A stretch of 64,000 bases of DNA, taken from positions 6,304,001 through 6,368,000 of the forward strand of contig OZ250169.1 of NCBI GenBank assembly GCA_965237955.1, given 5' to 3'. This document shows, piece by piece, positions 1 through 11,082 of this stretch; the first letter of the stretch is position 1; the number at the start of each line of letters is the position of its first letter. This DNA comes from Candidatus Marinacidobacterales bacterium (lineage in GTDB: Bacteria; Acidobacteriota; Vicinamibacteria; Marinacidobacterales; SMYC01). The notes beneath the pieces are model-generated. The model saw only the letters and a list, made by a program, of their open reading frames with translations. It was not told where the DNA came from and ran no database searches. Both the position numbers and the translations under genes were made by a program.

Positions 1-662
1 GTCATCAGATACCCCTGAGCCTGATAGCACAACGTGGCGAGAACGCTGTCGAACAGAGCTACATCGATGCGCTCGCCTTCATCGGTTTTCTCGCGACGGT
101 AGAGCGACGCGAGGATACCCTCACACGCCATCATGCCGGTGAAGATATCGGCGAGCGACGCGCCGACTTTCATGGGCATGCCGTCGGGCTCGCCGGTAAG
201 TCCCATCCAACCGCCTTCTCCTTGCATCACCGCGTCGTAGCCGGGTCGTTCCCGAAGCGGTCCCGTTTGCCCATATCCGGAGAGCGAGCAGTAGATGAGT
301 GCCGGGTGCCGCTCCTTGAGAGATTCGTAGTCGAAACCGAGACGCTCCATCGCTCCCGGGCGAAAATTTTCGATGAGCACGTCCGCTTGTTCGACCAAGC
401 GGAAGAGAATGTCTTTGCCTTCGTCTTTTTTCAGGTCCAGGCACAGACTCTTCTTGTTCCGGTTGACGGCGAGAAAGTAAGCGCTTTCGCCGTCGATGAA
501 CGGTGGTCCCCAATGACGGCAATCATCTCCGCGGGGAGGCTCGACTTTGAAAATTTCCGCCCCGAGATCCCCGAGTATCATCGTGCAGTACGGACCCGCG
601 AGGATACGGGACAAGTCGACTACGGTAACGCCGTCGAGCGAGAGTGTCACAGGGCTTACCAT
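1..662 (-). CDS. CaiB/BaiF family (family III) CoA transferase, 3' end runs off the window edge
   Basis: Manual translation of the minus strand: VTLSLDGVTVVDLSRILAGPYCTMILGDLGAEIFKVEPPRGDD..NRNKKSLCLDLK..ADVLIENFRPG..GYD. Start is ATG 662 or GTG 650. Not in the ORF track. Confidence 0.9.
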   Translation of the reverse strand, partial: MVSPVTLSLDGVTVVDLSRILAGPYCTMILGDLGAEIFKVEPPRGDDCRHWGPPFIDGESAYFLAVNRNKKSLCLDLKKDEGKDILFRLVEQADVLIENFRPGAMERLGFDYESLKERHPALIYCSLSGYGQTGPLRERPGYDAVMQGEGGWMGLTGEPDGMPMKVGASLADIFTGMMACEGILASLYRREKTDEGERIDVALFDSVLATLCYQAQGYLM

Positions 663-664
663 AG

Positions 665-863
665 CAGCATCCAGCATCCAGCATCCAGCACTCAGTTCAA
701 ACCACGGCGCGCCGGTAAGCGGACCGGCGTCGCTAGCGTAGGCCTTGCTGCTAAGGCAAGCTGTTTTTCTCGCGGAACCGTCGCGCGTTACCGGCAGGAA
801 GGTTGTTTATCGCGCGGTGCCGCTTACTTGCGCGGCGTCATGTGAGCTGGATGCTGGATGCTG
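665..863. repeat. ~200-bp palindromic intergenic element with inverted heptamer (CAGCATC)n arms
   Basis: (CAGCATC)x3 at 665-685; its reverse complement GCTGGATGCTGGATGCTG at 846-863; inner imperfect inverted repeat CGCGCCGGTAAGCGGACC / GGTGCCGCTTACTTGCGCG. Confidence 0.75.
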
Positions 864-866
864 AAT

Positions 867-1626
867 CTATTTACGATAACGTAGAGCAAGTGCCGTCACG
901 TTATCCTTACCGCCATTCTCATTCGCAGTCTGTATCAGCTCGCGGACGAGGTCCTCGAGCGATCCGTTCGAGGCAACGAGCATCTCTTCGATGGTGCGAT
1001 CTGGAATCATCCCGTGAAGAGCATCCGAGCAGAGGAGATAGAGGTCGTTGTCTTCCAAGTCGTGTTCCTGGACGGAGACGTCGAGGTTCTCCTTCGCGCC
1101 GATCGCCTTGGTGATAATGTTCTTCATCGGGTGGCTTTCGGCTTCTTCAGGGAGCAGAACACCTTCATCGACGGCTGCCTGGACCAGGAATCGTCGACGG
1201 TCATCTGCCGGAAATCCTCGCCACGGAGCCGGTACGCGCGGCTATCGCCGGCGCTCACGAAACTAATGCTCTGGTCGTTCACGAGCGCAGCGACGATCGT
1301 GGTGCCCATGCCGGTGTAGTCCTGGCGATTGTCCGCCTCTTTCCATACGCGCTTGTTTGCAAGCATGACCGGGTAGCCAGGCGGTTGGCGTTCAACGAAA
1401 GTTTGGGGTCAACACCGTAAGGCCAAGTGATCTCGTCTTCTTCCTTGGACCGCTGCACGAAGTTCCCGACCGTCTCGACCGTAAGGCGTGAGGCGATCTC
1501 GCCGGCGTTGTGCCCACCCATGCCATCGGCAACCACGAACAGGCCAACCGTGCTATCAACGAGGAGACTATCCTCGTTGAGCTTGCGCCGGAGCCCAACG
1601 TCTGTTGCACCAAAGCTTTCGATCAT
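867..1626 (-). CDS. PP2C/Stp1-family Ser/Thr protein phosphatase (two 1-nt frameshifts near 1371 and 1182)
   Basis: Motifs [47 protein letters not shown] and GGKDNVT are spread over three consecutive ORFs; single-base corrections restore one frame. Confidence 0.88.
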
Positions 1627-1801
1627 TTCACTCTCCGGCTAATCGGTTGGTCGAGCCATCGGCCGTTGGCATTGGATTGGACGAGAGATCTTAAGGAACA
1701 GGATAACACTCATGTTTGCAGTCTTTCAAGGGAGTCACCGAATTTTCGGTCGCGATTGACAGTCATCCCGGGGCCTTATAAACTGAGCCTCTCCTGCCAT
1801 T

Positions 1802-3023
1802 TCAGTGGATCCTCTCGAGGGTGAGACCGCCACAGTTTAGGTAGACGAGACTGATGAGAGCTTCGGCAGAGTGGAGTCCAAAGCTGCCGGTGGCTCAGCA
1901 GCCGGATTTTGTTGTTCATTCCTTCGAGTCGGCCGTTGCTGAGTCTCCACGTGACCCACGCGATGACGCCATCGAAGTGGCTGCGGATCATCTTCGCCGC
2001 GCGTTTGACGGGCTCTATCCTCGAGCTCATAGCGCGCCGCAGCCATCCTCGGAGAAACTTCTTGGCCCATGTCTCGGTTTTGTAGGTGTAGAGGTCCATG
2101 AAGTCGTCGCGCAGAAGCATGGCGCGGTAGAGGCGACGATTAGCTCGCACCTGCTCGCGGAGCACCCGTTTGTCTTTCGCGCTGCGGTTGTGTTTGGCCT
2201 TGAGAAGGGGAAACTTGGTGTTCTTGAGGTTGCGCCGGGCAGTCCCTTTGAGCTCGCGCACCAGCTCGCGCCGGGTCTTATCCACGGCCTCGTTCAGATG
2301 CTTGACGATGTGGAAGCGGTCAAAGATCACCCGTGCCTGAGGAGCCTTTTTGCCGACGGCAGTTATGTACGGCTCCCACATGTCCATGCTGACCGCTTCG
2401 AGCTCCGCGGCTCTTTGTGGTCCGAGCTTGCGGAAAAACCGCAGCAGCGTCTTGGCCTTGCGCTCCTTTCCCGCCCAGACGACCCGGCCGCTGAGATGGT
2501 CTATTACCACTGTTAAGTACTTGTGGCGTTTGCGGTAGCTGATCTCGTCCATCCCAATCACCCGCAATCCATCGAGCTCGCGCCGCTCATCCCGCTGCTC
2601 GGCAACCACTCGCTGGATGATCCGTCGCACCGAACGCCACGTCACTCGGAAATAGTTCGCTACGGCGCTGACGTCCGTCCTCTGTGCCAGCCACGCTACC
2701 TCTTGTTCGAAGCTTTTGGTAAAGCGGCTTCCCTTGTCTGCCCAAGGCACCTTTTCTCTGACCACTCCACACCGCCGACATACTACTCGTCGGATCGAGT
2801 AGCGAAGATAGGTCCGGACTCCGAACAGGTCCAAGTGCCGCCAGTAGCGATTGTAGCGATCTTTGTTCTTGCGGACCTTTCGTCCGCAAATCCCGCACAG
2901 AGGCTTCCTCCTCCGTGGTACTACATCCACCACCACTCTGGCTTTGTCCGCCTGGAAGTGGAAACCTCGGACCCACAGGCCTTGCAATCCGATGAGCTTG
3001 TTGACTAACGTAGTAACGCGCAT
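1802..3023 (-). CDS. ISL3-family DDE transposase (1-nt insertion near 1887 alters the C-terminus relative to copy 2)
   Basis: Zn ribbon CGICG..CRRCG, IGMDEISYRKRHKYLTVV, VSMDMW, FDRFH, SNGRLEGMNNKIR. Confidence 0.93.
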
Positions 3024-3150
3024 CGCGGGAACGCTCTTTTCTCTTTCGGAAAAAAAGATTCTAGCGTTCTCGCCGATGCGCATCTACACATGGCTTACCC
3101 TCTCAACCCACGGGCCTCACCAAATGCCACTGCCCCTCAGCGGGAGACGA

Positions 3151-3470
3151 GGCTGTGGGAAACGCCCCCACGGTTCTGGTCGTTCAGACCTTGCTCACGA
3201 CTGAGTTCTCTTCGAAGCCTGGAAGGGCGTTTTCCATAGCCTCCACTAATCGAGCCCCCCCTTCCTTATTCCATATGAATTAATCTTTCTTGTATATATA
3301 TCAGGAGGGGCCTGTGGGCGCTCGTGGGAAACGCGAAGCGTTTTCCAAGCGATTGTGGAAAACGCCGCTCCACGTTTGTACGTGCTCACAACCTTTCCCT
3401 AAACGCCTCTCTCGCCCGGAGTTTCCGGCGTTTTCCACAATCGCGGCAGCGTCCATAGGCCATGCCCTCC
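3151..3470 (+). other. Nested inverted-repeat structure in the non-coding end of ISL3 (also present in copy 2)
   Basis: Stems 3151-3167/3225-3241, 3311-3322/3448-3459, perfect 19-bp 3349-3367/3426-3444, and a GCGAAGC mini-hairpin near 3333. Confidence 0.7.
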
Positions 3471-3547
3471 AACACAAATCAGATCCCCCGAAACGACAGG
3501 AGAACCTAAACTGAAATCTCCCGCGTACGCAAAAACTTCGGATCGAG

Positions 3548-4261
3548 ATGTCTCGCTATCGCGCTCTCCTGGTAGAGCCCAACACGGAGTTCAGACGCAT
3601 CTTCTGCGACTACCTGAATCGCTCCGGGCTCGAAATCGTCGACGCTATCGACGCCGGCGGCGCACTCGAGACCGCACGCCGGGAACGCCCGGACATGATT
3701 GCCACCGAAGACGAGCTTCCCGGCGGAGCGTCCGGGCTGGAGCTCGTACGCGCGCTTCGTGCCGAGGCAGATTTGAAGAGCATTCCCGTCCTGATGCTCT
3801 CGGGCACGGTCACACCGGAAGAGCGCTTGGATGCGCTGACGTCGGGGGCCGACGACTACCTGTTGAAGCCGTTCAGCATGCGCGAGCTCATCTACCGTTG
3901 CGAGCGGCTCATCGCTTACTATCGCCGGAACGAGCCCGGCGAGCTCTCGGGCGATCTCGCACGCTTCAAGAGCACCGACGTCCTGCAGATGCTCGAGGCC
4001 AATCAGGCGACCGGCGTCCTCCACATCGATGGCGATCACAACGGTGAGATCCATCTTTTGGACGGCTACATCTGTGGGTGCTTCTCCGACGAGTACAAAG
4101 GCGAGGAAGCCGCCTACCGCCTCATCCCGGTACGGAACGGGCGCTTCCACTTCGTGCGCTCCAATATCCGCAGCAACATCCAGTCGGTTCGCTCGACGAC
4201 GGAGTTCATGATGGAAGCTCTACGGCGTCACGACGAAGGCGCCAAACAGCCGGCTAGTTGA
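3548..4261 (+). CDS. Response regulator receiver + DUF4388 (PatA-like) domain protein
   Basis: REC motifs (GLELVRALR..IPVLMLS..GADDYLLKPF) followed by LSGDL..DVLQML..TGVL..GEEAAY..GRFHF. Confidence 0.85.
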   Translation: MSRYRALLVEPNTEFRRIFCDYLNRSGLEIVDAIDAGGALETARRERPDMIATEDELPGGASGLELVRALRAEADLKSIPVLMLSGTVTPEERLDALTSGADDYLLKPFSMRELIYRCERLIAYYRRNEPGELSGDLARFKSTDVLQMLEANQATGVLHIDGDHNGEIHLLDGYICGCFSDEYKGEEAAYRLIPVRNGRFHFVRSNIRSNIQSVRSTTEFMMEALRRHDEGAKQPAS

Positions 4262-4305
4262 TCCGCCGTCAGCCATCGGCCATCAGCCATCGGCCGAAGG
4301 CGGAT
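4261..4305. repeat. Heptamer (GCCATCR)n repeat inside an ATCCGCC/GGCGGAT hairpin between convergent genes
   Basis: GCCGTCA GCCATCG GCCATCA GCCATCG at 4265-4292. Confidence 0.65.
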
Positions 4306-5367
4306 CTAGAATAGACTCACCTTAATCCTCAAATACTTCCTCGGATCCTCTCGTATATCGGCAAGAAGGCCCTGGAGCTCGGCTGCGGTCTTGTTGAGGT
4401 TGTCGTATAGCTCGCGGTCGTGGACGAGCTGGCCGGCAGTGCCATCGCCTCGCTCAATACGGGCTGCGACCGATGCGAAGTTGGCCGCGAGAGAGTCCAG
4501 CCGATCGTAGAGGGCGCGCTCGCGAATGAGGGCGCCCAACGTTCCCTCGCCTTGGTTGACTCGATCGGTCACCTTCGCGAGGTTCTCCGTCGTGCGCGCT
4601 ATCTGACGTCCCACTTCACGATCGTGCACCAACTTTCCGATGGCACCGTCGCCGGTGTCGATGCGCACCACCAGGTCCTTCATGGTGACGACGAGCTGGT
4701 TGAGATTGTCGTAGATCTGCGGATCGTGGATGAGCTTGCCGAAGGTACCTTCCTGTCGATCGAGACTCGTGAACACGTCTACGGCTTTGTCGATGAGCGC
4801 AAGGAGCTTGTCGTGGAGCTCTTCTCGCTTCAACAACGCGCCGAGCGTTCCCTCACCTTCCTGAATCTCGCGCGCGAGGTCGCGAATGTCTTTCATCGTT
4901 CGCGACGCATCCAGAATGATGCCCTTGATCGGGTCCCCCTCGGCTTCTCCGGGGATCTCCCCTCGGTCCGGAATCGATGTCCCGCCGGGCGGACCCGGGT
5001 CCACATCCAGCATTTTCTCGCCCAACACACCGAGGCTTCCCACCGTCACCAGTGAGTTCGTCGTGATCCGCTCCTGGATATCGGTACGAAGCGTCATCGT
5101 CACTTTCACCGGTGCAGGGTCACCAGGCTCCGCGAACTCGACGCGGTTCACCGAGCCAACCTCCACTCCCGAGAGGTGAATCGGAGAGCCCACCTTCAGC
5201 CCGTTGACGTCGCGCAAATAGCTGTGCACCGTGTACTGCCCACCCAGAAACGGCAACCCGCCTTCACGGGTGATGTAGAGCGTCGCTGCCATCGCGATGG
5301 TGAGCGCAATCGCGACGACGATACCGACTCGAAGCTCGGCGTAGGAAATCGATTGTTTAGCTGGCAT
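4306..5367 (-). CDS. mlaD: MlaD/MCE family lipid-transport protein
   Basis: N-terminal TM, GLKVGSPIHLSGVEVGSV MCE motif, repeated GEGTLGALL helices. Confidence 0.88.
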   Translation of the reverse strand: MPAKQSISYAELRVGIVVAIALTIAMAATLYITREGGLPFLGGQYTVHSYLRDVNGLKVGSPIHLSGVEVGSVNRVEFAEPGDPAPVKVTMTLRTDIQERITTNSLVTVGSLGVLGEKMLDVDPGPPGGTSIPDRGEIPGEAEGDPIKGIILDASRTMKDIRDLAREIQEGEGTLGALLKREELHDKLLALIDKAVDVFTSLDRQEGTFGKLIHDPQIYDNLNQLVVTMKDLVVRIDTGDGAIGKLVHDREVGRQIARTTENLAKVTDRVNQGEGTLGALIRERALYDRLDSLAANFASVAARIERGDGTAGQLVHDRELYDNLNKTAAELQGLLADIREDPRKYLRIKVSLF

Positions 5368-5373
5368 CGTTGA

Positions 5374-6207
5374 CTACCTCCCGAAAGCAGGAATCTGTCC
5401 TTCCAGAAATTGGCGAACGTAGGGATCATCCGAGCGAAACAGATCTCGTTGTCGTCCTTGGAAAACGATCTGCCCTTGGTTCAACATGAGAAAATCGGTA
5501 CCGACGAGACGCTCGATGTCGTCGATGTGGTTGTAGACGAAATCGCCGTTTCTCCTCATCACGAAGCTCTGTGCGACTTGGAACGCGTCGCGCAGCTGGT
5601 GAGTGACGAGCACCGACGTTGCCCCTTCCAGATCACGGAGTTTCACGATCAGGTCGCAGATCGTAGAACCAATGATGGGATCGAGACCCGTCGTGGGCTC
5701 GTCGTAGAGGATCATCTCCGGGTTGTGCGCCATCGCGCGGGCGACCGCGACCCGGCGCCTCTGACCTCCGGACAAATCCGAAGGGCCCCGCTCGTAGAAC
5801 TCAACCAGCCCGACGAAGCCCAGCATCCGAGAGACCCTCGCTTCGAACTCTTCTTCCGAGAGGTCGCCGTGCTCGCGCAACCGGAACCCGACGTTCTCGG
5901 CGACCGAGAGCGAGTCGAACAAGGCCCCCTCCTGAAAGACCATTCCGATGTGCTCGCGTACTCTCATCAGCTCACGCTCGCGCATGTGGCTGATGTCGAC
6001 GCCGCCCACCTCGATCGTCCCCGACTCGACCTTGATGAGCCCGAGCACCAGCTTCAGGATCGTCGATTTCCCCGAGCCGCTTCCGCCAAGGATGATCTCG
6101 GTGCCGCCGGCAGTGACATCGAAACTGATGTCTTTCAACGTGTAGTCGTCGTTACCGGGATACGCGTAGTAGACGTTTTGAAACGATATGGCCGCTCGCG
6201 TCATCAC
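5374..6207 (-). CDS. mlaF: MlaF-type ABC ATPase
   Basis: GGSGSGKS, FQEGALFDSL, LSGGQRRR, YDEPTTGLDP. Confidence 0.9.
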   Translation of the reverse strand: MMTRAAISFQNVYYAYPGNDDYTLKDISFDVTAGGTEIILGGSGSGKSTILKLVLGLIKVESGTIEVGGVDISHMRERELMRVREHIGMVFQEGALFDSLSVAENVGFRLREHGDLSEEEFEARVSRMLGFVGLVEFYERGPSDLSGGQRRRVAVARAMAHNPEMILYDEPTTGLDPIIGSTICDLIVKLRDLEGATSVLVTHQLRDAFQVAQSFVMRRNGDFVYNHIDDIERLVGTDFLMLNQGQIVFQGRQRDLFRSDDPYVRQFLEGQIPAFGR

Positions 6208-6232
6208 TCAGTGCTCAGTGCTCAGTGCTCAG
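6207..6232. repeat. Heptamer tandem repeat (CTCAGTG)x3.7 between mlaE and mlaF
   Basis: CTCAGTGCTCAGTGCTCAGTGCTCAG read directly. Confidence 0.8.
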
Positions 6233-7005
6233 GCGTAGACGAACTTCAAGATCAACACGTTCAAAAAGTAATCGGAGACGAGGATGAGCACGGACGCGAC
6301 GACGACCGACTGGGTCGTCGACTCCCCGACTCCTCTAGTTCCCCCAGTGGTGGTGAGCCCCTGGTAACAGCCGACGGACACGATGATGAACCCGAAGACC
6401 AGCGGCTTGACGAGACCCATGAACATGTCCTGCATCTTGATGGCCTCGAGCGCGGAGCGCCAGTATAGTCCCGTCCCGAGCCGAAGGGTAAACTTCGCGA
6501 CCAGATATCCCCCGACCATCCCGACCGCGTCGCTCAAAATCGTCAACGTCGGAACCATCAACAGACCCGCGGCCATGCGTGGAGCAACGAGCTTCCGGAT
6601 CGGGTCCGTACCCAATGAGCGGAGCGCATCGATCTGCTGGGTCACCACCATCGAGCCGAGCTCGGCAGCTATCCCGGAGCCGACCCGTCCCGTCACCATC
6701 AGCGAGGTGAGGACCGGTCCGAGCTCGCGCAACATCGACAGCGACACCATGCGTCCCACGTAGGGCCGGGCTCCGAACGCGTCGAGCGTCGCCGAGCTTT
6801 GGACCGTCAGCACCATTCCTGTGAACAGTCCCGTCAACGTCACGATGGTGAGCGAGCCGACACCGATGGCATCCATTTGTTCCAACGTCTCCCGCCAATA
6901 CCGGGGCCTGGAAAAAAAGCTGGAAAACGCACCGTAGGTGAGCTTCGCATAGTTCTGAAGACTCAGGAGAGCGGACTTGAACCAACCGGAGAGTGCGTCG
7001 ATCAC
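6229..7005 (-). CDS. mlaE: MlaE-type ABC permease
   Basis: [34 protein letters not shown] motif. Confidence 0.92.
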   Translation of the reverse strand: MIDALSGWFKSALLSLQNYAKLTYGAFSSFFSRPRYWRETLEQMDAIGVGSLTIVTLTGLFTGMVLTVQSSATLDAFGARPYVGRMVSLSMLRELGPVLTSLMVTGRVGSGIAAELGSMVVTQQIDALRSLGTDPIRKLVAPRMAAGLLMVPTLTILSDAVGMVGGYLVAKFTLRLGTGLYWRSALEAIKMQDMFMGLVKPLVFGFIIVSVGCYQGLTTTGGTRGVGESTTQSVVVASVLILVSDYFLNVLILKFVYA

Positions 7006-9035
7006 GAATCGAAGAGCTCCATCTGCTCGAGCTCACGAATGCGATCGCGGTGCTCAACCGCCTTTTCGAAATCGAGCTCTTTGGCCGCCTGTTTCATCGC
7101 TTTACGAGTCCTCTGAATCTCACGTTGGATCTCCTGTGGGCTTCCGAACAGCAGGCCTTCGTCCGAGAGCCTGTCGGCGGCGAGCTCCCCACCCGCTTCG
7201 GCACCCTCCCCGCCTCCGCCGATACCGCCCCGGATCGCCTTGACGATCGTCTCGGGGGTGATGCCGTGCTCGTCGTTATAGGTCTGCTGAAGCTGCCGGC
7301 GGCGGTCGGTCTCGTCGATCGCCCGCGTCATCGAATCAGTGCGTTTGTCGCCGTAGAGCAGAGCCATGCCGTTGACGTGCCGCGCCGCGCGACCGATCGT
7401 CTGGATGAGCGAGCCTGCCGAGCGCAAGAAGCCTTCTTTGTCGGCATCCAGAATCGCTACCAGCGACACCTCGGGAAGATCGAGGCCTTCTCTCAGCAGG
7501 TTGATGCCGATCAACACGTCGAACTCGCCGAGGCGTAGGTCCCGCAAAATCTCCACCCGCTCGAGCGTGTCGATGTCGGAGTGAAGATAGCGGCAGCGGA
7601 CTCCGAGCTCGGTGTAGTACTCGGTGAGGTCCTCGGCCATGCGCTTCGTCAGCGTGGTCACGAGGACACGTTCACTCTTTTCGACGCGCTGGCGGATCTC
7701 GTCTAGCAAGTCATCGACTTGTCCCACCACCGGGCGTACCTCGACCACGGGATCCATGAGCCCCGTCGGGCGGATGATCTGCTCGACGACCACGCCCTCG
7801 GTATGCTCGAGCTCGTAGGGGCCGGGCGTTGCCGACGCGTAGATCGTCTGGCCGATGCGTTTTTCGAACTCGGCGAAGTTCAGCGGCCGGTTGTCGAGCG
7901 CCGACGGCATGCGAAACCCGTACTCGACGAGCGTTTCCTTGCGCGAGCGGTCCCCGTGATACATGCCCCTGAGTTGGGGAACCGTCTGGTGCGACTCATC
8001 TATGACGAGCACCGTGTCCTTAGACAAGTAGTCCATCAACGTGGGAGGCGGCTGCCCCGGCTCGAGACCGGTGAAGTGACGCGAGTAGTTCTCGATGCCG
8101 TGACAGTAGCCGACTTCTTGGAGCATTTCGAGATCGAAGAGCGTGCGCTGCTGGATGCGCTGCGCTTCGAGGAGCTTGCCGTCGTTGTAGAGTTTCCGAT
8201 GAAACCAATCGAGCTCTTCTCGAATCGTCTGGATCGCCCGCATCGTCTTTTCGCGAGGCGCAACGTAATGAGTCTTCGGAAAGATGGTTACATGTTTCAG
8301 CGGCCAGAGTTTCTTGCCGGTGAGCGGATCGAACTGCGAAATCGCATCGACTTCGTCCCCGAACAGCTCGAGGCGCACACCGAGATCGGCGTACCCGGGA
8401 ATGATCTCGATGACGTCACCGCGAACTCGAAACGTCCCCCGAGCTAGATCGTAGTCGTTGCGCTCGTATTGAATCTCGACGAGTTTTCGCAGCACAAAGG
8501 AGCGGTCGACCTCGTCACCTTCTTCGATCCGTAGCAGCATCCCGTAGTACGCCTCGGGAGAGCCGAGGCCGTAGATGCACGACACACTCGCCACGATGAG
8601 AACGTCTTCACGTTCAAATAACGACCGCGTCGCCGACAGCCGCATACGATCGATCTCGTCGTTGATCGTCGCCTCTTTCTCGATGTAGGTGTCGCTCGCG
8701 GGAACGTACGCTTCGGGCTGGTAGTAGTCGTAGTAGCTGACGAAGTACTCGACCGCGTTGTCTGGGAAGAACTCTTTGAACTCCTGGAACAGCTGCGCCG
8801 CGAGCGTTTTGTTGTGGGCGATGACGAGCGTCGGACGATTGACCGCTTCGATGACCTTGGCGACGGTGAAGGTCTTTCCCGATCCGGTGACGCCGAGCAG
8901 GACGTGGTCTTTGTCGCCTCGCTCGAGGCTTTCGGTCAGCTCCTCGATCGCTCTCGGTTGATCGCCTTGGGGCTCGTAGCTCGAGGAGACGCGAAACGCG
9001 CCGGAGCGCCTAGTCGGCAGAGGATGCGTCGCCAT
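7002..9035 (-). CDS. uvrB: Excinuclease ABC subunit B
   Basis: [46 protein letters not shown]-terminal UVR domain. Confidence 0.98.
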   Translation of the reverse strand: MATHPLPTRRSGAFRVSSSYEPQGDQPRAIEELTESLERGDKDHVLLGVTGSGKTFTVAKVIEAVNRPTLVIAHNKTLAAQLFQEFKEFFPDNAVEYFVSYYDYYQPEAYVPASDTYIEKEATINDEIDRMRLSATRSLFEREDVLIVASVSCIYGLGSPEAYYGMLLRIEEGDEVDRSFVLRKLVEIQYERNDYDLARGTFRVRGDVIEIIPGYADLGVRLELFGDEVDAISQFDPLTGKKLWPLKHVTIFPKTHYVAPREKTMRAIQTIREELDWFHRKLYNDGKLLEAQRIQQRTLFDLEMLQEVGYCHGIENYSRHFTGLEPGQPPPTLMDYLSKDTVLVIDESHQTVPQLRGMYHGDRSRKETLVEYGFRMPSALDNRPLNFAEFEKRIGQTIYASATPGPYELEHTEGVVVEQIIRPTGLMDPVVEVRPVVGQVDDLLDEIRQRVEKSERVLVTTLTKRMAEDLTEYYTELGVRCRYLHSDIDTLERVEILRDLRLGEFDVLIGINLLREGLDLPEVSLVAILDADKEGFLRSAGSLIQTIGRAARHVNGMALLYGDKRTDSMTRAIDETDRRRQLQQTYNDEHGITPETIVKAIRGGIGGGGEGAEAGGELAADRLSDEGLLFGSPQEIQREIQRTRKAMKQAAKELDFEKAVEHRDRIRELEQMELFDS

Positions 9036-9129
9036 GGGACGTGCTTATAAGTATCTAGAAAAAAGGAAGTTAGCACGCGGAAACGGAGCGGTCAAACCCC
9101 GTTTCGAAAGCGAGGGCAGGCGATTGCGA

Positions 9130-9480
9130 TCAGCCCGCGAGGGCGCCGCCCTTCTTCTTGTCGTAGAGGCGGAAGTCGTAGGTGCGGTCCTCTTCTTCGT
9201 CGAGGCGAATGCCCTCGTCGTGCGGGAACATGTGCACCGCGTCGTAATCGGGAGGACAGAACTTGACGCACAGCTGGCAACCAATGCAGGTATCGACGTC
9301 GACCTCGCACACCTCGCCCATGGCGCCCGGTTCCGGGTCGGGAACGAGGTAGATGCAATCCTGCACCGGGCAGACGTGAATGCACATCTCGCACCCGCGC
9401 CCGAAGCACTTCCCCTTGTCCACGAAGGCCAGGAGCTTCGGCACTTTCTTTCGAGGCCCGGTAATCAGCTTGTCTTGCAT
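9130..9480 (-). CDS. 2x[4Fe-4S] ferredoxin-like protein
   Basis: CFGRGCEMCIHVCP and CIGCQLCVKFCP. Confidence 0.82.
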   Translation of the reverse strand: MQDKLITGPRKKVPKLLAFVDKGKCFGRGCEMCIHVCPVQDCIYLVPDPEPGAMGEVCEVDVDTCIGCQLCVKFCPPDYDAVHMFPHDEGIRLDEEEDRTYDFRLYDKKKGGALAG

Positions 9481-9685
9481 CGAGTCGGCTCTCCTTCTTA
9501 GTCCTTAATGCTCGTTATGCCGAGCTCCTCGCTCACTCGCTGGGCCTCTCGTCGGCCCACTCGCGCACGGCGCTAGCGGTGCTTTCTCGAGCGCCCTGCT
9601 AGTGGCTCAATTATATCCAAATCGCATCGGAAAACACCAGATCTGCTGGCCCCGGCGGGTGCCAGCACCGTATACTTGTGGTGGC

Positions 9686-10900
9686 ATGGAGAATATCAGT
9701 ACCGAGACCAAGTTCTACCGGAAAGGCCTCGGGCTCAAGGAGCAAGTCAAAGAACCCCTGCAGAAGGACTATAAAGGGCTCATTGTCGACTTCGCTCGCG
9801 AGCACGGGTTCACGCTGCGCGCGGGCGAGCTCACGTTTCGTCTGGCGAAGGAGTTCGGCTTCTGCTACGGCGTCGACCGCGCCGTCGAGTACGCCTACGA
9901 AGCGCGCGCGCGTTTTCCGGAAAGGCGCATTTTCATCACCGGCGAGATCATACATAACGCGTACGTCAATTCACGCCTATCCGAGATGGGCATCGAGTTT
10001 CTCGATGGACCGTACGAAACCGAAGAGAAGTTCTCCACTGTGACCGCAGACGACGTAATTTTGCTACCTGCGTTCGGGGTCAGCACCGGCGAGCTCGAGA
10101 TCATGAAAAACAAACGCTCGATTCTCGTCGACACAACGTGCGGCTCGGTGATGAACGTCTGGAAAAACGTCGAGCGCTACGCGAGAGAGGGGTTCACGTC
10201 TCTCGTTCATGGCAAGTACTGGCACGAGGAGACCAGGGCCACCATCTCTCGCGCGACCAGCGGCGGCGGTCACTACGTGGTCGTCCGTGACATGGCCGCG
10301 ACCGAGATCGTGTGCGAGTACATCGAGAACGGAGGCGACGAGCGTGCCTTCGCCGCGCGTTTTCCGAAGGCGGTCTCGGAAGGATTCGAGGCCAATCGTC
10401 ACCTCGAGCGGCTCGGCGTTGCGAATCAGACGACGATGCTCAGCAGCGAGTCACTCGCGATTGCCCATCGGCTGCGCCAATCCATGGAGCAACGCTTCGG
10501 CGAGGCCGAGCTCACAAATCGATTTCGCTCCTTCGATACCATTTGTAGCGCCACTCAGGAACGACAAGACGCCGTTGTCGAGCTCTGCGACGAGGGGGTG
10601 GACTTGATGCTTGTGATCGGCGGGTACAACAGCAGCAACACCAATCATCTCGCCGAGATCTGCACGGAGACGTTTCCTACCTACCACATCGGCGACGCGG
10701 ATTGCCTCGTGTCTTCGCGGCTGCTACGCTACAAGCCCACCCACGAAAAAGACGAAGTCGAGCGAAACGACTGGCTCCCCGACGGGCCCATCAAGATAGG
10801 CATCACCGCGGGCGCATCGACTCCGGACGTCAAAATCGACGAATCGATCGAGCGCCTCCTGGCCTTCCGCGGTCTAACCAAATCCGACATCACGGCCTAG
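9686..10900 (+). CDS. ispH: 4-hydroxy-3-methylbut-2-enyl diphosphate reductase
   Basis: FGFCYGVDRA, EIIHN, DTTC, HEET, QTT, TICSATQERQ, GGYNSSNT, TAGASTP. Confidence 0.95.
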   Translation: MENISTETKFYRKGLGLKEQVKEPLQKDYKGLIVDFAREHGFTLRAGELTFRLAKEFGFCYGVDRAVEYAYEARARFPERRIFITGEIIHNAYVNSRLSEMGIEFLDGPYETEEKFSTVTADDVILLPAFGVSTGELEIMKNKRSILVDTTCGSVMNVWKNVERYAREGFTSLVHGKYWHEETRATISRATSGGGHYVVVRDMAATEIVCEYIENGGDERAFAARFPKAVSEGFEANRHLERLGVANQTTMLSSESLAIAHRLRQSMEQRFGEAELTNRFRSFDTICSATQERQDAVVELCDEGVDLMLVIGGYNSSNTNHLAEICTETFPTYHIGDADCLVSSRLLRYKPTHEKDEVERNDWLPDGPIKIGITAGASTPDVKIDESIERLLAFRGLTKSDITA

Positions 10901-11082
10901 CTCCCTCGTTCGTGCCCGTGCCCGCTCCCTGTGCCCCCCTGAAGACTCGAGAAACAGCTGCCGACCGGGCGGTAAGCCACTCTTTTCGAGCGGTCCCGCG
11001 CATTCATATATAATTGCCTGACGCGTATTCGGGGTCGTTTCAACAATATTCGTTAGGTGTGTCCTCATCGACGGAGGTGTGA

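Larger units (their letters stand above)
1787..3506 (-). mobile_element. ISL3-family insertion sequence, copy 1 (1720 bp)
   Basis: Near-identical to 54304-56019. Imperfect terminal IRs GCCTCTCCTGCCATTT / GGTTCTCCTGTCGTTT; 8-bp target duplication TAAACTGA at 1779-1786 and 3507-3514. Confidence 0.95.
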
